DNA of 64,000 bases from Escherichia coli (GTDB taxonomy: Bacteria > Pseudomonadota > Gammaproteobacteria > Enterobacterales > Enterobacteriaceae), in assembly GCF_044647545.1 (NCBI RefSeq), contig NZ_CP172818.1, one strand, 5' to 3'. Below, in pieces: positions 13,050-25,044 of the stretch. The position numbers were made by a program, and so were the translations under genes. The first letter of the stretch is position 1; each line of letters starts with the position of its first letter. The notes below the pieces were generated by a model, which ran no database searches, had not been told where the DNA came from, and worked only from the letters and a program-made list of their open reading frames with translations.

Positions 13050-13697
13050 TTACTCTTCAATCCGTAACCCGTAGGTTTTGAATTTCTCCAGCACTACGGC
13101 AATCTCTTCATCGCTCAGCACTGGCACCGGGTCCGTAATCGCCAGGGTCGTCAGGTAAAGTTGTGCCAGCACTTCAACTTCATGCGCCAGCCATAACGCT
13201 TTCTCCAGATTCGCCTCACAAGCGATAAGCCCATGATGTTGTAACAAAGTTGCCTTACGATTTTTGAGAGCCAGCGCAACATGTTCAGAAAGTTCGCGTG
13301 TTCCAAAGGTCGCATAAGGCGCGCAAGGAATAGAATTACCGCCAGCCGCCGCAATCATGTAGTGAATCGCGGGGATCGGTCGGTTAAGAATGGAAACTGC
13401 CGTACAATGAACGGCATGATTGTGAACAACCGCGTTGGCATCCGGTCTGCTTTGATAGGCCGCCATATGGAAACGCCACTCGCTTGAGGGGAGTTTTCCT
13501 TCCTCATGTTTGCCGTTGCCATCAATAAAGACAATATGCGACTCCGTCAGTTTTTCATATGGAATACCTGTAGGCGTAATCAGCATCCCATCCTGATAAC
13601 GTACACTGACGTTACCCGCTGTCCCCTGGTTCAGCCCCAGGCAAGTCATTTCCAGGCAAGTGTCAATAATCTGACGAGCAAGTTTATTTCGTTCCAT
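13050..13697 (-). CDS. fucA: L-fuculose-phosphate aldolase
   Basis: 215-aa class II aldolase ORF recognised as FucA. Confidence 0.92.
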   Translation of the reverse strand: MERNKLARQIIDTCLEMTCLGLNQGTAGNVSVRYQDGMLITPTGIPYEKLTESHIVFIDGNGKHEEGKLPSSEWRFHMAAYQSRPDANAVVHNHAVHCTAVSILNRPIPAIHYMIAAAGGNSIPCAPYATFGTRELSEHVALALKNRKATLLQHHGLIACEANLEKALWLAHEVEVLAQLYLTTLAITDPVPVLSDEEIAVVLEKFKTYGLRIEE

Positions 13698-14243
13698 TAG
13701 CTACCTCTCTCTGATTCAAAACAGGGCAATAATGTTGTTCCTTTCACACTATTGAATTAGCCGTTTAATTACTCACCATATTCTTCCTGATTAACCAGAA
13801 AGAAATTCACAAGCTTATATTTTGTGACCTGGTTCAACTAATCACAGTAAATAACTGCAATTTCTCTTTTTATAACCCCATTAAAAATGACCGCTCTTAA
13901 AAATATTTATCAAAACGGTCATTTTTCTACTCCTCCCTGCCAGGAATGCCCGTTTTCGGCACAAACAATTAATACGGTCATCTGGTTTGTGTTTTTTATG
14001 ATTTATTTTCTGAAACGGGCATGAAATTTCGATTATTAAAGTGATGGTAGTCACATAAAGTCACCTTCCGGCTAATAAGTGTGACCGCCGTCATATTACA
14101 GAGCGTTTTTTATTTGAAAATGAATCCATGAGTTCATTTCAGACAGGCAAATATTCACTGATATGAAGCCCGAACTCGCTGGTTTTGCACTTTTGAAAAC
14201 ATAACCGATTACGTGCTTAAGCTTCTGAACCTAAGAGGATGCT
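13698..14243. promoter_or_regulatory. Divergent fucAO / fucPIKUR control region
   Basis: 546-bp AT-rich intergenic region between divergently oriented fucA and fucP; contains a CRP-like palindrome aaGTGAtggtagTCACAta at about 14039-14056. Known from the literature to carry CRP and FucR sites; exact sites not mapped here. Confidence 0.6.
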
Positions 14244-15560
14244 ATGGGAAACACATCAATACAAACGCAGAGTTACCGTGCGGTAGATAAAGATGCAGGG
14301 CAAAGCAGAAGTTACATTATTCCATTTGCACTGCTGTGCTCACTGTTTTTTCTTTGGGCGGTAGCCAATAACCTTAACGACATTTTATTGCCTCAATTCC
14401 AGCAGGCTTTTACGCTGACAAATTTCCAGGCTGGCCTGATCCAATCGGCCTTTTACTTTGGTTATTTCATTATCCCAATCCCTGCCGGGATATTGATGAA
14501 AAAACTCAGTTATAAAGCAGGGATTATTACCGGATTGTTTTTATATGCCTTCGGCGCTGCATTATTCTGGCCCGCCGCAGAAATAATGAACTACACATTG
14601 TTTTTAGTTGGCCTATTTATTATTGCAGCCGGATTAGGTTGTCTGGAAACTGCCGCAAACCCTTTTGTTACGGTATTAGGGCCGGAAAGCAGTGGTCACT
14701 TCCGCTTAAATCTTGCGCAAACATTTAACTCATTTGGCGCAATTATCGCGGTTGTCTTTGGGCAAAGTCTTATTTTGTCTAACGTGCCACATCAATCGCA
14801 AGACGTTCTCGATAAAATGTCTCCAGAGCAATTGAGTGCGTATAAACACAGCCTGGTATTATCGGTACAGACACCTTATATGATCATCGTGGCTATCGTG
14901 TTACTGGTCGCCCTGCTGATCATGCTGACGAAATTCCCGGCATTGCAGAGTGATAATCACAGTGACGCCAAACAAGGATCGTTCTCCGCATCGCTTTCTC
15001 GCCTGGCGCGTATTCGCCACTGGCGCTGGGCAGTATTAGCGCAATTCTGCTACGTCGGCGCGCAAACGGCCTGCTGGAGCTATTTGATTCGCTACGCTGT
15101 AGAAGAAATTCCAGGTATGACCGCAGGCTTTGCCGCTAACTATTTAACCGGAACCATGGTGTGCTTCTTTATTGGTCGTTTCACCGGTACCTGGCTCATC
15201 AGTCGCTTCGCACCACACAAAGTCCTGGCAGCCTACGCATTAATCGCTATGGCACTGTGCCTGATCTCAGCCTTCGCTGGCGGTCATGTGGGCTTAATAG
15301 CCCTGACTTTATGCAGCGCCTTTATGTCGATTCAGTACCCAACAATCTTCTCGCTGGGCATTAAGAATCTCGGCCAGGACACCAAATACGGTTCGTCCTT
15401 CATCGTTATGACCATTATTGGCGGCGGTATTGTCACTCCGGTCATGGGTTTTGTCAGTGACGCTGCGGGCAACATCCCCACAGCTGAACTGATCCCCGCA
15501 CTCTGCTTCGCAGTCATCTTTATCTTTGCCCGTTTCCGTTCTCAAACGGCAACTAACTGA
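14244..15560 (+). CDS. fucP: L-fucose:H+ symporter
   Basis: 438-aa MFS ORF recognised as FucP. Confidence 0.92.
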   Translation: MGNTSIQTQSYRAVDKDAGQSRSYIIPFALLCSLFFLWAVANNLNDILLPQFQQAFTLTNFQAGLIQSAFYFGYFIIPIPAGILMKKLSYKAGIITGLFLYAFGAALFWPAAEIMNYTLFLVGLFIIAAGLGCLETAANPFVTVLGPESSGHFRLNLAQTFNSFGAIIAVVFGQSLILSNVPHQSQDVLDKMSPEQLSAYKHSLVLSVQTPYMIIVAIVLLVALLIMLTKFPALQSDNHSDAKQGSFSASLSRLARIRHWRWAVLAQFCYVGAQTACWSYLIRYAVEEIPGMTAGFAANYLTGTMVCFFIGRFTGTWLISRFAPHKVLAAYALIAMALCLISAFAGGHVGLIALTLCSAFMSIQYPTIFSLGIKNLGQDTKYGSSFIVMTIIGGGIVTPVMGFVSDAAGNIPTAELIPALCFAVIFIFARFRSQTATN

Positions 15561-15592
15561 ACATATTTTCCGAATAAAGTGAGGAATCTGTA

Positions 15593-17368
15593 ATGAAAAA
15601 AATCAGCTTACCGAAAATTGGTATCCGCCCGGTTATTGACGGTCGTCGCATGGGTGTTCGTGAGTCGCTTGAAGAACAAACAATGAATATGGCGAAAGCC
15701 ACGGCCGCACTGCTGACCGAGAAACTGCGCCATGCCTGTGGAGCTGCCGTCGAGTGTGTCATTTCCGATACCTGTATCGCGGGTATGGCTGAAGCCGCTG
15801 CTTGCGAAGAAAAATTCAGCAGTCAGAATGTAGGCCTCACCATTACGGTAACCCCTTGCTGGTGCTATGGCAGTGAAACCATCGACATGGATCCAACCCG
15901 CCCGAAAGCCATTTGGGGCTTTAACGGCACCGAACGTCCCGGCGCTGTTTACCTGGCAGCGGCTCTGGCAGCTCACAGCCAGAAAGGCATCCCGGCATTC
16001 TCCATTTACGGTCATGACGTTCAGGATGCCGATGACACATCGATTCCTGCTGATGTTGAAGAAAAACTGCTGCGCTTTGCCCGCGCCGGTTTGGCCGTCG
16101 CCAGCATGAAAGGTAAAAGCTATCTGTCGCTGGGCGGCGTTTCGATGGGTATCGCCGGTTCTATTGTTGATCACAACTTCTTTGAATCCTGGCTGGGAAT
16201 GAAAGTCCAGGCGGTGGATATGACCGAACTGCGTCGCCGTATCGATCAGAAGATTTACGACGAAGCCGAACTGGAAATGGCGCTGGCCTGGGCTGATAAA
16301 AACTTCCGCTATGGCGAAGATGAAAATAACAAACAGTATCAACGCAATGCCGAGCAAAGCCGCGCAGTTCTGCGCGAAAGTTTACTGATGGCAATGTGTA
16401 TCCGCGACATGATGCAAGGCAACAGCAAACTGGCCGATATTGGTCGCGTGGAAGAATCACTTGGCTACAACGCCATCGCTGCGGGCTTCCAGGGACAACG
16501 CCACTGGACCGATCAATATCCCAATGGTGACACCGCCGAAGCGCTCCTCAACAGTTCATTTGACTGGAATGGCGTGCGCGAACCCTTTGTCGTGGCGACC
16601 GAAAACGACAGTCTTAACGGCGTGGCAATGCTAATGGGTCACCAACTCACCGGCACCGCTCAGGTATTTGCCGATGTGCGTACCTACTGGTCACCAGAAG
16701 CAATTGAGCGTGTAACGGGGCATAAACTCGATGGACTGGCAGAACACGGCATCATCCATTTGATCAACTCCGGTTCTGCTGCGCTGGACGGTTCCTGTAA
16801 ACAACGCGACAGCGAAGGTAACCCGACGATGAAGCCACACTGGGAAATCTCTCAGCAAGAGGCTGACGCTTGCCTCGCCGCTACCGAATGGTGCCCGGCG
16901 ATCCACGAATACTTCCGTGGCGGCGGTTACTCTTCCCGCTTCCTTACCGAAGGCGGCGTCCCGTTCACCATGACTCGTGTCAACATCATCAAAGGCCTGG
17001 GACCGGTACTGCAAATCGCGGAAGGCTGGAGCGTGGAATTGCCGAAGGATGTGCATGACATCCTCAACAAACGCACCAACTCAACCTGGCCAACCACCTG
17101 GTTTGCACCGCGCCTCACCGGTAAAGGGCCGTTTACGGATGTGTACTCGGTAATGGCGAACTGGGGCGCTAACCACGGGGTTCTGACCATCGGCCACGTT
17201 GGCGCAGACTTTATCACTCTTGCCTCCATGCTGCGTATCCCGGTATGTATGCACAACGTTGAAGAGACCAAAGTGTATCGTCCTTCTGCCTGGGCCGCGC
17301 ACGGCATGGATATTGAAGGCCAGGATTACCGCGCTTGCCAGAACTACGGCCCGTTGTACAAGCGTTAA
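15593..17368 (+). CDS. fucI: L-fucose isomerase
   Basis: 591-aa ORF recognised as FucI. Confidence 0.92.
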   Translation: MKKISLPKIGIRPVIDGRRMGVRESLEEQTMNMAKATAALLTEKLRHACGAAVECVISDTCIAGMAEAAACEEKFSSQNVGLTITVTPCWCYGSETIDMDPTRPKAIWGFNGTERPGAVYLAAALAAHSQKGIPAFSIYGHDVQDADDTSIPADVEEKLLRFARAGLAVASMKGKSYLSLGGVSMGIAGSIVDHNFFESWLGMKVQAVDMTELRRRIDQKIYDEAELEMALAWADKNFRYGEDENNKQYQRNAEQSRAVLRESLLMAMCIRDMMQGNSKLADIGRVEESLGYNAIAAGFQGQRHWTDQYPNGDTAEALLNSSFDWNGVREPFVVATENDSLNGVAMLMGHQLTGTAQVFADVRTYWSPEAIERVTGHKLDGLAEHGIIHLINSGSAALDGSCKQRDSEGNPTMKPHWEISQQEADACLAATEWCPAIHEYFRGGGYSSRFLTEGGVPFTMTRVNIIKGLGPVLQIAEGWSVELPKDVHDILNKRTNSTWPTTWFAPRLTGKGPFTDVYSVMANWGANHGVLTIGHVGADFITLASMLRIPVCMHNVEETKVYRPSAWAAHGMDIEGQDYRACQNYGPLYKR

Positions 17369-17476
17369 TACATGACTCCCTGATGTGATGCCCGGTCGCT
17401 CCGGCTACCGGGCCTGAACAAGCAAGAGTGGTTAGCCGGATAAGCAATGTTATCCGGCTATATTGCAGGAGCGATT

Positions 17477-18895
17477 ATGAAACAAGAAGTTATCCTGGTA
17501 CTCGACTGTGGCGCGACCAATGTCAGGGCCATCGCGGTTAATCGGCAGGGAAAAATTGTTGCCCGCGCCTCAACGCCTAATGCCAGCGATATCGCGATGG
17601 AAAACAACACCTGGCACCAGTGGTCTTTAGACGCCATTTTGCAACGCTTTGCTGATTGCTGTCGGCAAATCAATAGTGAACTGACTGATTGCCACATCCG
17701 CGGTATCGCCGTCACCACCTTTGGTGTGGATGGCGCTCTGGTAGATAAGCAAGGCAATCTGCTCTATCCGATCATTAGCTGGAAATGTCCGCGAACAGCA
17801 GCGGTAATGGACAATATTGAACGGTTGATCTCCGCACAGCAGTTGCAGGCTATTTCTGGCGTCGGAGCCTTTAGTTTCAATACGTTATATAAGTTGGTGT
17901 GGTTGAAAGAAAATCATCCACAACTGCTGGAACGCGCGCACGCCTGGCTCTTTATTTCGTCGCTGATTAACCACCGTTTAACCGGCGAATTCACTACTGA
18001 TATTACGATGGCCGGAACCAGCCAGATGCTGGATATCCAGCAACGCGATTTCAGTCCGCAAATTTTACAAGCCACCGGTATTCCACGCCGACTCTTCCCT
18101 CGTCTGGTGGAAGCGGGTGAACAGATTGGTACGCTACAGAACAGCGCCGCAGCAATGCTCGGCTTATCCGTTGGCATACCGGTGATTTCCGCAGGTCACG
18201 ATACCCAGTTCGCTCTTTTTGGCGCTGGTGCCGAACAAAATGAACCCGTGCTCTCTTCCGGTACATGGGAAATTTTAATGGTCCGCAGCGCCCAGGTTGA
18301 TACTTCGCTGTTAAGTCAGTACGCCGGTTCCACCTGCGAACTGGATAGCCAGGCAGGGTTGTATAACCCAGGTATGCAATGGCTGGCATCCGGCGTGCTG
18401 GAATGGGTGAGAAAACTGTTCTGGACGGCTGAAACTCCCTGGCAAATGTTGATTGAAGAAGCTCGTCTGATCGCACCTGGCGCGGATGGTGTGAAAATGC
18501 AGTGTGATTTATTGTCGTGTCAGAACGCTGGCTGGCAAGGAGTGACGCTTAATACCACGCGGGGGCATTTCTATCGCGCGGCGCTGGAAGGGTTAACTGC
18601 GCAATTACAGCGCAATCTACAGATGCTGGAAAAAATCGGGCACTTTAAAGCCTCTGAATTATTGTTAGTCGGCGGAGGAAGTCGCAACACATTGTGGAAT
18701 CAGATTAAAGCCAATATGCTTGATATTCCGGTAAAAGTTCTCGACGACGCCGAAACGACCGTCGCAGGAGCTGCGCTGTTCGGTTGGTATGGCGTAGGGG
18801 AATTTAACAGCCCGGAAGAAGCCCGCGCGCAGATTCATTATCAGTACCGTTATTTCTACCCGCAAACTGAACCTGAATTTATAGAGGAAGTGTGA
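17477..18895 (+). CDS. fucK: L-fuculokinase
   Basis: FGGY-kinase ORF. ORF-track start is 17447 (482 aa), but the ATG at 17477 is preceded by AGGAG at the right spacing and the 17447 ATG lies inside a perfect hairpin, so the 472-aa form is preferred. Confidence 0.88.
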
Positions 18896-18896
18896 A

Positions 18897-19319
18897 ATGC
18901 TGAAAACAATTTCGCCGTTAATTTCTCCCGAACTATTGAAAGTGCTGGCAGAGATGGGGCATGGAGATGAAATTATTTTTTCCGATGCTCACTTTCCCGC
19001 CCATTCGATGGGACCGCAGGTGATCCGCGCTGATGGCCTGTTGGTGAGTGACTTGCTCCAGGCGATTATCCCGTTATTTGAACTGGACAGTTATGCACCG
19101 CCGCTGGTGATGATGGCGGCGGTAGAAGGTGACACTCTCGATCCTGAAGTAGAACGACGTTATCGTAATGCGCTTTCACTACAAGCCCCCTGTCCTGACA
19201 TCATCCGCATCAATCGTTTTGCGTTTTATGAACGGGCGCAAAAAGCCTTTGCGATCGTTATCACAGGCGAACGAGCGAAGTACGGGAATATTCTTTTAAA
19301 AAAAGGGGTAACACCGTAA
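18897..19319 (+). CDS. fucU: L-fucose mutarotase
   Basis: 140-aa ORF recognised as FucU (RbsD/FucU family). Confidence 0.9.
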
Positions 19320-19376
19320 TCTCATACCGGTACGCCCGCATGACGCGGGCGGTTATCGAATGATGGGGTGAAAAAT

Positions 19377-20108
19377 ATGAAAGCGGCACGCCAGCAAGCG
19401 ATAGTCGACCTGCTGCTGAACCATACCAGCCTGACCACGGAAGCTCTCTCTGAACAGCTAAAGGTCAGTAAAGAAACCATTCGTCGCGATCTCAATGAAT
19501 TACAGACGCAGGGTAAAATTCTGCGCAATCATGGACGCGCTAAATATATCCACCGTCAAAATCAAGACAGTGGCGATCCCTTTCACATCCGGTTGAAAAG
19601 CCATTATGCGCATAAAGCAGATATCGCGCGCGAGGCGCTCGCGTGGATTGAAGAAGGGATGGTAATAGCATTAGACGCCAGTTCAACCTGCTGGTATCTG
19701 GCACGCCAGTTGCCTGACATCAACATCCAGGTCTTCACCAATAGCCATCCGATTTGCCATGAACTCGGTAAACGTGAACGCATTCAACTGATCAGTTCCG
19801 GCGGCACACTTGAGCGCAAATATGGTTGTTACGTCAATCCCTCGCTGATTTCCCAGCTTAAATCGCTGGAAATCGATCTGTTTATTTTTTCTTGTGAAGG
19901 GATCGATAGCAGCGGCGCACTGTGGGACTCCAATGCCATCAACGCTGATTACAAATCAATGCTATTAAAACGCGCCGCACAATCGTTGTTATTGATTGAT
20001 AAAAGTAAATTTAATCGTTCAGGGGAAGCCCGCATCGGGCATCTGGATGAGGTCACGCACATTATTTCTGATGAGCGCCAGGTTGCAACTTCTTTGGTAA
20101 CAGCCTGA
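19377..20108 (+). CDS. fucR: DeoR-family activator of the fuc regulon
   Basis: 243-aa ORF (MKAARQQAIVDLL...) with N-terminal HTH, recognised as FucR; ORF track starts 3 codons earlier. Confidence 0.9.
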   Translation: MKAARQQAIVDLLLNHTSLTTEALSEQLKVSKETIRRDLNELQTQGKILRNHGRAKYIHRQNQDSGDPFHIRLKSHYAHKADIAREALAWIEEGMVIALDASSTCWYLARQLPDINIQVFTNSHPICHELGKRERIQLISSGGTLERKYGCYVNPSLISQLKSLEIDLFIFSCEGIDSSGALWDSNAINADYKSMLLKRAAQSLLLIDKSKFNRSGEARIGHLDEVTHIISDERQVATSLVTA

Positions 20109-20151
20109 CGGAAAGGGTAGCAGGCCGGAGACGACGCCCCGGCCTTGCCTG

Positions 20152-21252
20152 TTATCGCTCGTCGCGACGACCACCCACCGCAGCCCAGATACGGCGGACG
20201 TGCACCGTCACTTCTTCGCGATCGTGATACAACTGCCGCGCCTGGATCTGAGCATTTATGCCATGTTCATCAAGCTGTGCCTGAATATACGCCAGATTGT
20301 GTGACACTTCTTCGTAGCGTTTTTTCATCGGCAGTTTGAGGTTGAAAATGCTTTCACGGCACCAGCCATTAACCAGCCACTGCGCCATCAATGCCGCAAC
20401 TTTCGCCGGTTTTTCAACCATATCGCATACCATCCAGGAGATATTGCTGCGTGTCGGACGGAATTTGAAACCGTCTTCCCGCAGCCACGTCACCTGTCCG
20501 GTATCCATCAGACTTTGCGCCATCGGGCCGTTGTCGACGGAATAAACCCACATGTTGCGCTTCACCAGTTGGTAGGTCCAGCCGCCTGGGCAAGCGCCCA
20601 AATCCACCGCCCACATCCCGTTCGCCAGGCGTTCATCCCACTCATCCGCGGGAATAAACACATGAAATGCCTCTTCCAGTTTGAGCGTGGAACGACTCGG
20701 CGCATCTGCCGGAAATTTCAGGCGCGGAATGCCCATATAGAACGGCGAATTATTGTTGCTGTATGAGTAACCGGTATAGCAACAGCCTGGTGCAATAAAG
20801 AATACATGCACAACCGGACGCTTCGGCGTTTCATAGTTCGCCAGCACCCCCGCATCACGCAAGGCAGCGCGTAGCGGCACGGTGAATTTACGGCAGAATT
20901 TCAGCAACTCTTTGCTTTCGTTGGTATCGGCAACTTCAACACGCAGTTCACCGCCCTTCTCTACTACGCCCTGTAACATACCGACAATGGGGGTAATACG
21001 ATCTTCAGGCGGCAAATGCTGCAGGAGTTCCCCCACCACAAACCACTGGCGGGCAAAAATTAATGAACTGAACGGCAGCTCACGGATTAACTTATCGCCA
21101 TCATCAGGTTGATAACATTCATAAATGACATAACCCGCATTCTCTTTCACGCGGGCAAAACCGAAAATTTCCCGCTGACCGGCTTTATCGGTAATTTCTG
21201 CGGCGCACTCTTTTTCAAAGCCCGGACGGCACAGCAATACAACCTTATTCAT
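20152..21252 (-). CDS. rlmM: 23S rRNA 2'-O-ribose C2498 methyltransferase
   Basis: 366-aa ORF recognised as RlmM (YgdE). Confidence 0.88.
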   Translation of the reverse strand: MNKVVLLCRPGFEKECAAEITDKAGQREIFGFARVKENAGYVIYECYQPDDGDKLIRELPFSSLIFARQWFVVGELLQHLPPEDRITPIVGMLQGVVEKGGELRVEVADTNESKELLKFCRKFTVPLRAALRDAGVLANYETPKRPVVHVFFIAPGCCYTGYSYSNNNSPFYMGIPRLKFPADAPSRSTLKLEEAFHVFIPADEWDERLANGMWAVDLGACPGGWTYQLVKRNMWVYSVDNGPMAQSLMDTGQVTWLREDGFKFRPTRSNISWMVCDMVEKPAKVAALMAQWLVNGWCRESIFNLKLPMKKRYEEVSHNLAYIQAQLDEHGINAQIQARQLYHDREEVTVHVRRIWAAVGGRRDER

Positions 21253-21640
21253 GACTTACGCCCTTGCGCTTTAAACGGATAGCACCAACTAACATTAACG
21301 CCCAGCCCGCAAGGAAGCTCACGCCGCCAACCGGTGTGACAAACGCCCACAAACGCAGATGGGACAGCGCCAGGCAATAAAGGCTGCCGCTGAACAGCAC
21401 CGTGCCTAACGCGAGGAAAACGCTACTCCAGTAAAACCAGATACTGATGCGACGCTGCATTGCCACCGCCAGACCTAAGATCGCCAGCGTGTGGAACGCC
21501 TGGTATTCGAGACCGGTCTGGATCCAGCCCATCTCAACGGCCCCCATGGTTTTACTTAACACATGCGCGCCAAAAGCGCCCAGAGCCACAAAAATGAAGC
21601 CGCTAATGGCGGCGAAAATCAGCATAAAACGGCTGGTCAT
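21245..21640 (-). CDS. ygdD: DUF423 inner-membrane protein
   Basis: 131-aa hydrophobic ORF overlapping the rlmM start by 8 nt; recognised as YgdD. Confidence 0.8.
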   Translation of the reverse strand: MTSRFMLIFAAISGFIFVALGAFGAHVLSKTMGAVEMGWIQTGLEYQAFHTLAILGLAVAMQRRISIWFYWSSVFLALGTVLFSGSLYCLALSHLRLWAFVTPVGGVSFLAGWALMLVGAIRLKRKGVSHE

Positions 21641-21658
21641 GGTCGTACCCTACGTAAA

Positions 21659-22576
21659 TTATTGTTCATAACGAAAGCGGAATTTTTCTTGTTCAGCAGC
21701 GGCTTTCGCCAGGATCCATTGACGAAAGGCGGCTATTTTACCCAGTTCTGCCTGGCTGTCATGACAAACCAGATAAAAAGCGTTTTTACTGACCAGAACA
21801 TCATTAAACGGGCAAACAAGACGTCCGGCTTCAATTTCAGATTGCGCCATCACGTTATTTGCCAGCGCCACTCCCTGCCCGTGGATAGCCGCTTGCAGCA
21901 CCATGGCGCTATGGCTAAAAATTGGCCCTTGCTGAACGTTGATATGATTTAACCCCAACTGTCGGGTATATGTCTGCCAGTCACGGCGTGACGCATCATG
22001 TAATAACGTATGTTTAGCCAGATCTTCCGGGGTCTTCAAGGGTTTTTCGCCAGTCAGCAGTAGCGGCGAACACACCGGCAATAAATATTCGGCGTACAGT
22101 TTTTCCACCCGTAGCCCCGGCCAGTTGCCACGACCATAAAATATCGCCACATCAACATCATCCGCCAGCTTATCTTCCTGACGATCAACCGCCTGGATTC
22201 GAACGTCAATTCCCGGATAAGCTGAATTAAAGCTGGAAAGTCGCGGAACCAACCAATGAATGGCGAAACTGGGGAGTAAACTGACCGTCAACGCCCCCTT
22301 GGCGCTACGGGCCTGGAGTTTACGCGTCGCTTCGGTTAATTGCGAAAATATCTCTTTGATATCGAGGAAATAGCTTTGCCCTTCCTCGGTCAGCAGGAGT
22401 GAACGATTACGGCGGCGGAACAGTTTTAGCCCCAAAAAATCCTCAAGAGACTTGATTTGATGACTTACTGCGGCCTGGGTCACAAAAAGCTCTTCTGCTG
22501 CGCGAGTGAAACTTAAATGGCGTGCTGCGGCATCAAAAACTCGTAAGGCATTTAGCGGTGGTAATCGTTTAGACAT
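21659..22576 (-). CDS. gcvA: LysR-type regulator of the glycine cleavage system
   Basis: 305-aa ORF with N-terminal LysR HTH (PLNALRVFDAAARHLSFTRAAEEL) recognised as GcvA. Confidence 0.92.
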   Translation of the reverse strand: MSKRLPPLNALRVFDAAARHLSFTRAAEELFVTQAAVSHQIKSLEDFLGLKLFRRRNRSLLLTEEGQSYFLDIKEIFSQLTEATRKLQARSAKGALTVSLLPSFAIHWLVPRLSSFNSAYPGIDVRIQAVDRQEDKLADDVDVAIFYGRGNWPGLRVEKLYAEYLLPVCSPLLLTGEKPLKTPEDLAKHTLLHDASRRDWQTYTRQLGLNHINVQQGPIFSHSAMVLQAAIHGQGVALANNVMAQSEIEAGRLVCPFNDVLVSKNAFYLVCHDSQAELGKIAAFRQWILAKAAAEQEKFRFRYEQ

Positions 22577-22704
22577 GGCTTTTAAACTTTGATGTTAAAT
22601 GAATTTAACAATTAGATCACACTGTGTAACCTATTAGTTTTTTTAATCTGAGCCATTATAAATTGTCCGTTGAGCTTCTACCAGCAAATACCTATAGTGG
22701 CGGC

Positions 22705-22910
22705 ACTTCCTGAGCCGGAACGAAAAGTTTTATCGGAATGCGTGTTCTGGTGAACTTTTGGCTTACGGTTGTGATGTTGTGTTGTTGTGTTTGCAATTGG
22801 TCTGCGATTCAGACCATGGTAGCAAAGCTACCTTTTTTCACTTCCTGTACATTTACCCTGTCTGTCCATAGTGATTAATGTAGCACCGCCTAATTGCGGT
22901 GCTTTTTTTT
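22705..22910 (+). ncRNA. gcvB: GcvB sRNA
   Basis: Starts ACTTCCTGAGCCGGAACG, contains the G/U-rich region gttgtgatgttgtgttgttgtgtttgcaat and ends in hairpin caccgcctaattgcggtg plus T8; divergent from gcvA. Confidence 0.9.
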
Positions 22911-22926
22911 ACCTTGCGATCGCGAA

Positions 22927-23154
22927 TTACTGATCCAGTTCGACCATCTCTTTCACGTCAGTACGGTTGATCTGCTGTTTGTTGCCATTAGCGTCTTTAT
23001 ACGAAATCATACCGGTATCGTTATCAGTCTGTGGTTTGCCGTCAGAGACGATGGTACGTCCGTCATTGGTGTGCATCACATAGTTCGAACCGGAACAGGC
23101 GCTCAGGGCAAAAGTCAGCATACAGGCAGAAATAATTGCGGCAGTCTTTTTCAT
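22927..23154 (-). CDS. ygdI: DUF903 lipoprotein
   Basis: 75-aa ORF with lipoprotein signal peptide and lipobox (LSAC); recognised as YgdI. Confidence 0.8.
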   Translation of the reverse strand: MKKTAAIISACMLTFALSACSGSNYVMHTNDGRTIVSDGKPQTDNDTGMISYKDANGNKQQINRTDVKEMVELDQ

Positions 23155-23345
23155 CATCTTCTCCTTAAAGCGATTAATAAATCTTAATAGTATTGATTAA
23201 CAGGCTAAAATTAACGCCTAACACTATTCAGCATATGTTACTGACGCGGCTTCGCCAGGATATCCAGATAATTCTGATGGTTAGCACTCTCCTTGTATCA
23301 AAGTGAATTTTGCGTCACGATCGGTGCATCAAGCCGAGGAGTACC

Positions 23346-24551
23346 ATGAACGTTTTTAATCCCGCGCAGTTTCGCGCCCAGTTTCCCGCGCTACAGGATG
23401 CGGGCGTCTATCTCGACAGCGCCGCGACCGCGCTTAAACCTGAAGCCGTGGTTGAAGCCACCCGACAGTTTTATAGCCTGAGCGCCGGAAACGTCCATCG
23501 CAGCCAGTTTGCCGAAGCCCAACGCCTGACCGCGCGTTACGAAGCTGCGCGGGAAAAAGTGGCACAATTACTGAATGCACCGGATGACAAAAATATCGTC
23601 TGGACGCGCGGCACCACTGAATCCATCAACATGGTGGCACAATGCTATGCGCGTCCGCGTCTGCAACCGGGCGATGAGATTATTGTCAGCGTGGCAGAAC
23701 ACCACGCTAACCTCGTCCCCTGGCTGATGGTCGCCCAACAAACGGGAGCCCAAGTGGTGAAATTGCCGCTTAATGCGCAGCGATTGCCGGATGTCGATTT
23801 GTTGCCAGAACTGATCACACCTCGTAGTCGAATTCTTGCTCTGGGACAAATGTCGAACGTCACTGGCGGTTGCCCGGATCTGGCGCAAGCGATTACCTTT
23901 GCTCATTCAGCCGGGATGGTGGTGATGGTTGATGGTGCTCAGGGGGCGGTGCATTTCCCTGCGGATGTTCAGCAACTGGATATCGATTTCTATGCTTTCT
24001 CTGGTCACAAACTGTATGGCCCGACAGGCATCGGCGTGCTGTATGGCAAATCAGAACTGCTGGAAGCGATGTCACCCTGGCTGGGTGGCGGCAAAATGAT
24101 TCACGAAGTGAGTTTTGACGGCTTCACGACTCAATCTGCGCCGTGGAAACTGGAAGCCGGAACGCCAAATGTCGCTGGTGTTATAGGATTAAGCGCGGCG
24201 CTGGAATGGCTGGCAGATTACGATATCAACCAGGCCGAAAGCTGGAGCCGTAGCTTAGCAACGCTGGCGGAAGATGCGCTGGCAAAACGTCCTGGCTTCC
24301 GCTCATTTCGCTGCCAGGATTCCAGCCTGCTGGCCTTTGATTTTGCTGGAGTTCATCACAGCGATATGGTGACACTGCTGGCGGAGTACGGTATTGCCCT
24401 GCGCGCCGGGCAGCATTGCGCTCAGCCGCTACTGGCAGAATTAGGCGTAACCGGCACACTGCGCGCCTCTTTTGCGCCATATAATACAAAGAGTGATGTG
24501 GATGCGCTGGTGAATGCCGTTGACCGCGCGCTGGAATTATTGGTGGATTAA
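23346..24551 (+). CDS. csdA: Cysteine sulfinate desulfinase / cysteine desulfurase
   Basis: ORF-track ORF 23310-24551; 401-aa form starts [16 protein letters not shown]; class V aminotransferase with the [13 protein letters not shown]-lysine motif. Confidence 0.9.
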   Translation: MNVFNPAQFRAQFPALQDAGVYLDSAATALKPEAVVEATRQFYSLSAGNVHRSQFAEAQRLTARYEAAREKVAQLLNAPDDKNIVWTRGTTESINMVAQCYARPRLQPGDEIIVSVAEHHANLVPWLMVAQQTGAQVVKLPLNAQRLPDVDLLPELITPRSRILALGQMSNVTGGCPDLAQAITFAHSAGMVVMVDGAQGAVHFPADVQQLDIDFYAFSGHKLYGPTGIGVLYGKSELLEAMSPWLGGGKMIHEVSFDGFTTQSAPWKLEAGTPNVAGVIGLSAALEWLADYDINQAESWSRSLATLAEDALAKRPGFRSFRCQDSSLLAFDFAGVHHSDMVTLLAEYGIALRAGQHCAQPLLAELGVTGTLRASFAPYNTKSDVDALVNAVDRALELLVD

Positions 24552-24994
24552 TGACGAACCCGCAATTCGCCGGACATCCGTTCGGCACAACCGTAACCGC
24601 AGAAACGTTACGCAATACCTTCGCACCGTTGACGCAATGGGAAGATAAATATCGCCAGTTGATCATGCTGGGGAAACAGCTTCCGGCTTTGCCAGACGAG
24701 TTAAAAGCGCAGGCTAAAGAGATTGCCGGATGCGAAAACCGCGTCTGGCTGGGATATACCGTGGCTGAAAACGGTAAAATGCACTTCTTTGGCGACAGCG
24801 AAGGGCGCATTGTGCGCGGCCTGCTGGCGGTGTTGTTGACTGCCGTTGAGGGCAAAACCGCCGCCGAATTGCAGGCACAGTCGCCGCTGGCATTGTTTGA
24901 TGAGCTGGGATTGCGTGCGCAACTTAGCGCCTCACGCAGCCAGGGGTTGAATGCGTTAAGCGAGGCGATTATCGCTGCGGCGAAGCAGGTTTAA
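24551..24994 (+). CDS. csdE: Sulfur acceptor protein CsdE (SufE-like)
   Basis: 147-aa ORF starting at the csdA stop; recognised as CsdE. Confidence 0.88.
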   Translation: MTNPQFAGHPFGTTVTAETLRNTFAPLTQWEDKYRQLIMLGKQLPALPDELKAQAKEIAGCENRVWLGYTVAENGKMHFFGDSEGRIVRGLLAVLLTAVEGKTAAELQAQSPLALFDELGLRAQLSASRSQGLNALSEAIIAAAKQV

Positions 24995-25044
24995 GCACAG
25001 AACCGGGTCGGAAAGGACGTTTGCGTCGCATCCGACCTGATTGT

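Noticed and set aside
13823-13846. tgtgacctggttcaactaatcaca as a CRP site in the fuc control region
   Set aside because: The spacing between the TGTGA and TCACA half-sites is 14 bp rather than the canonical 6; the site at about 14039-14056 fits better.
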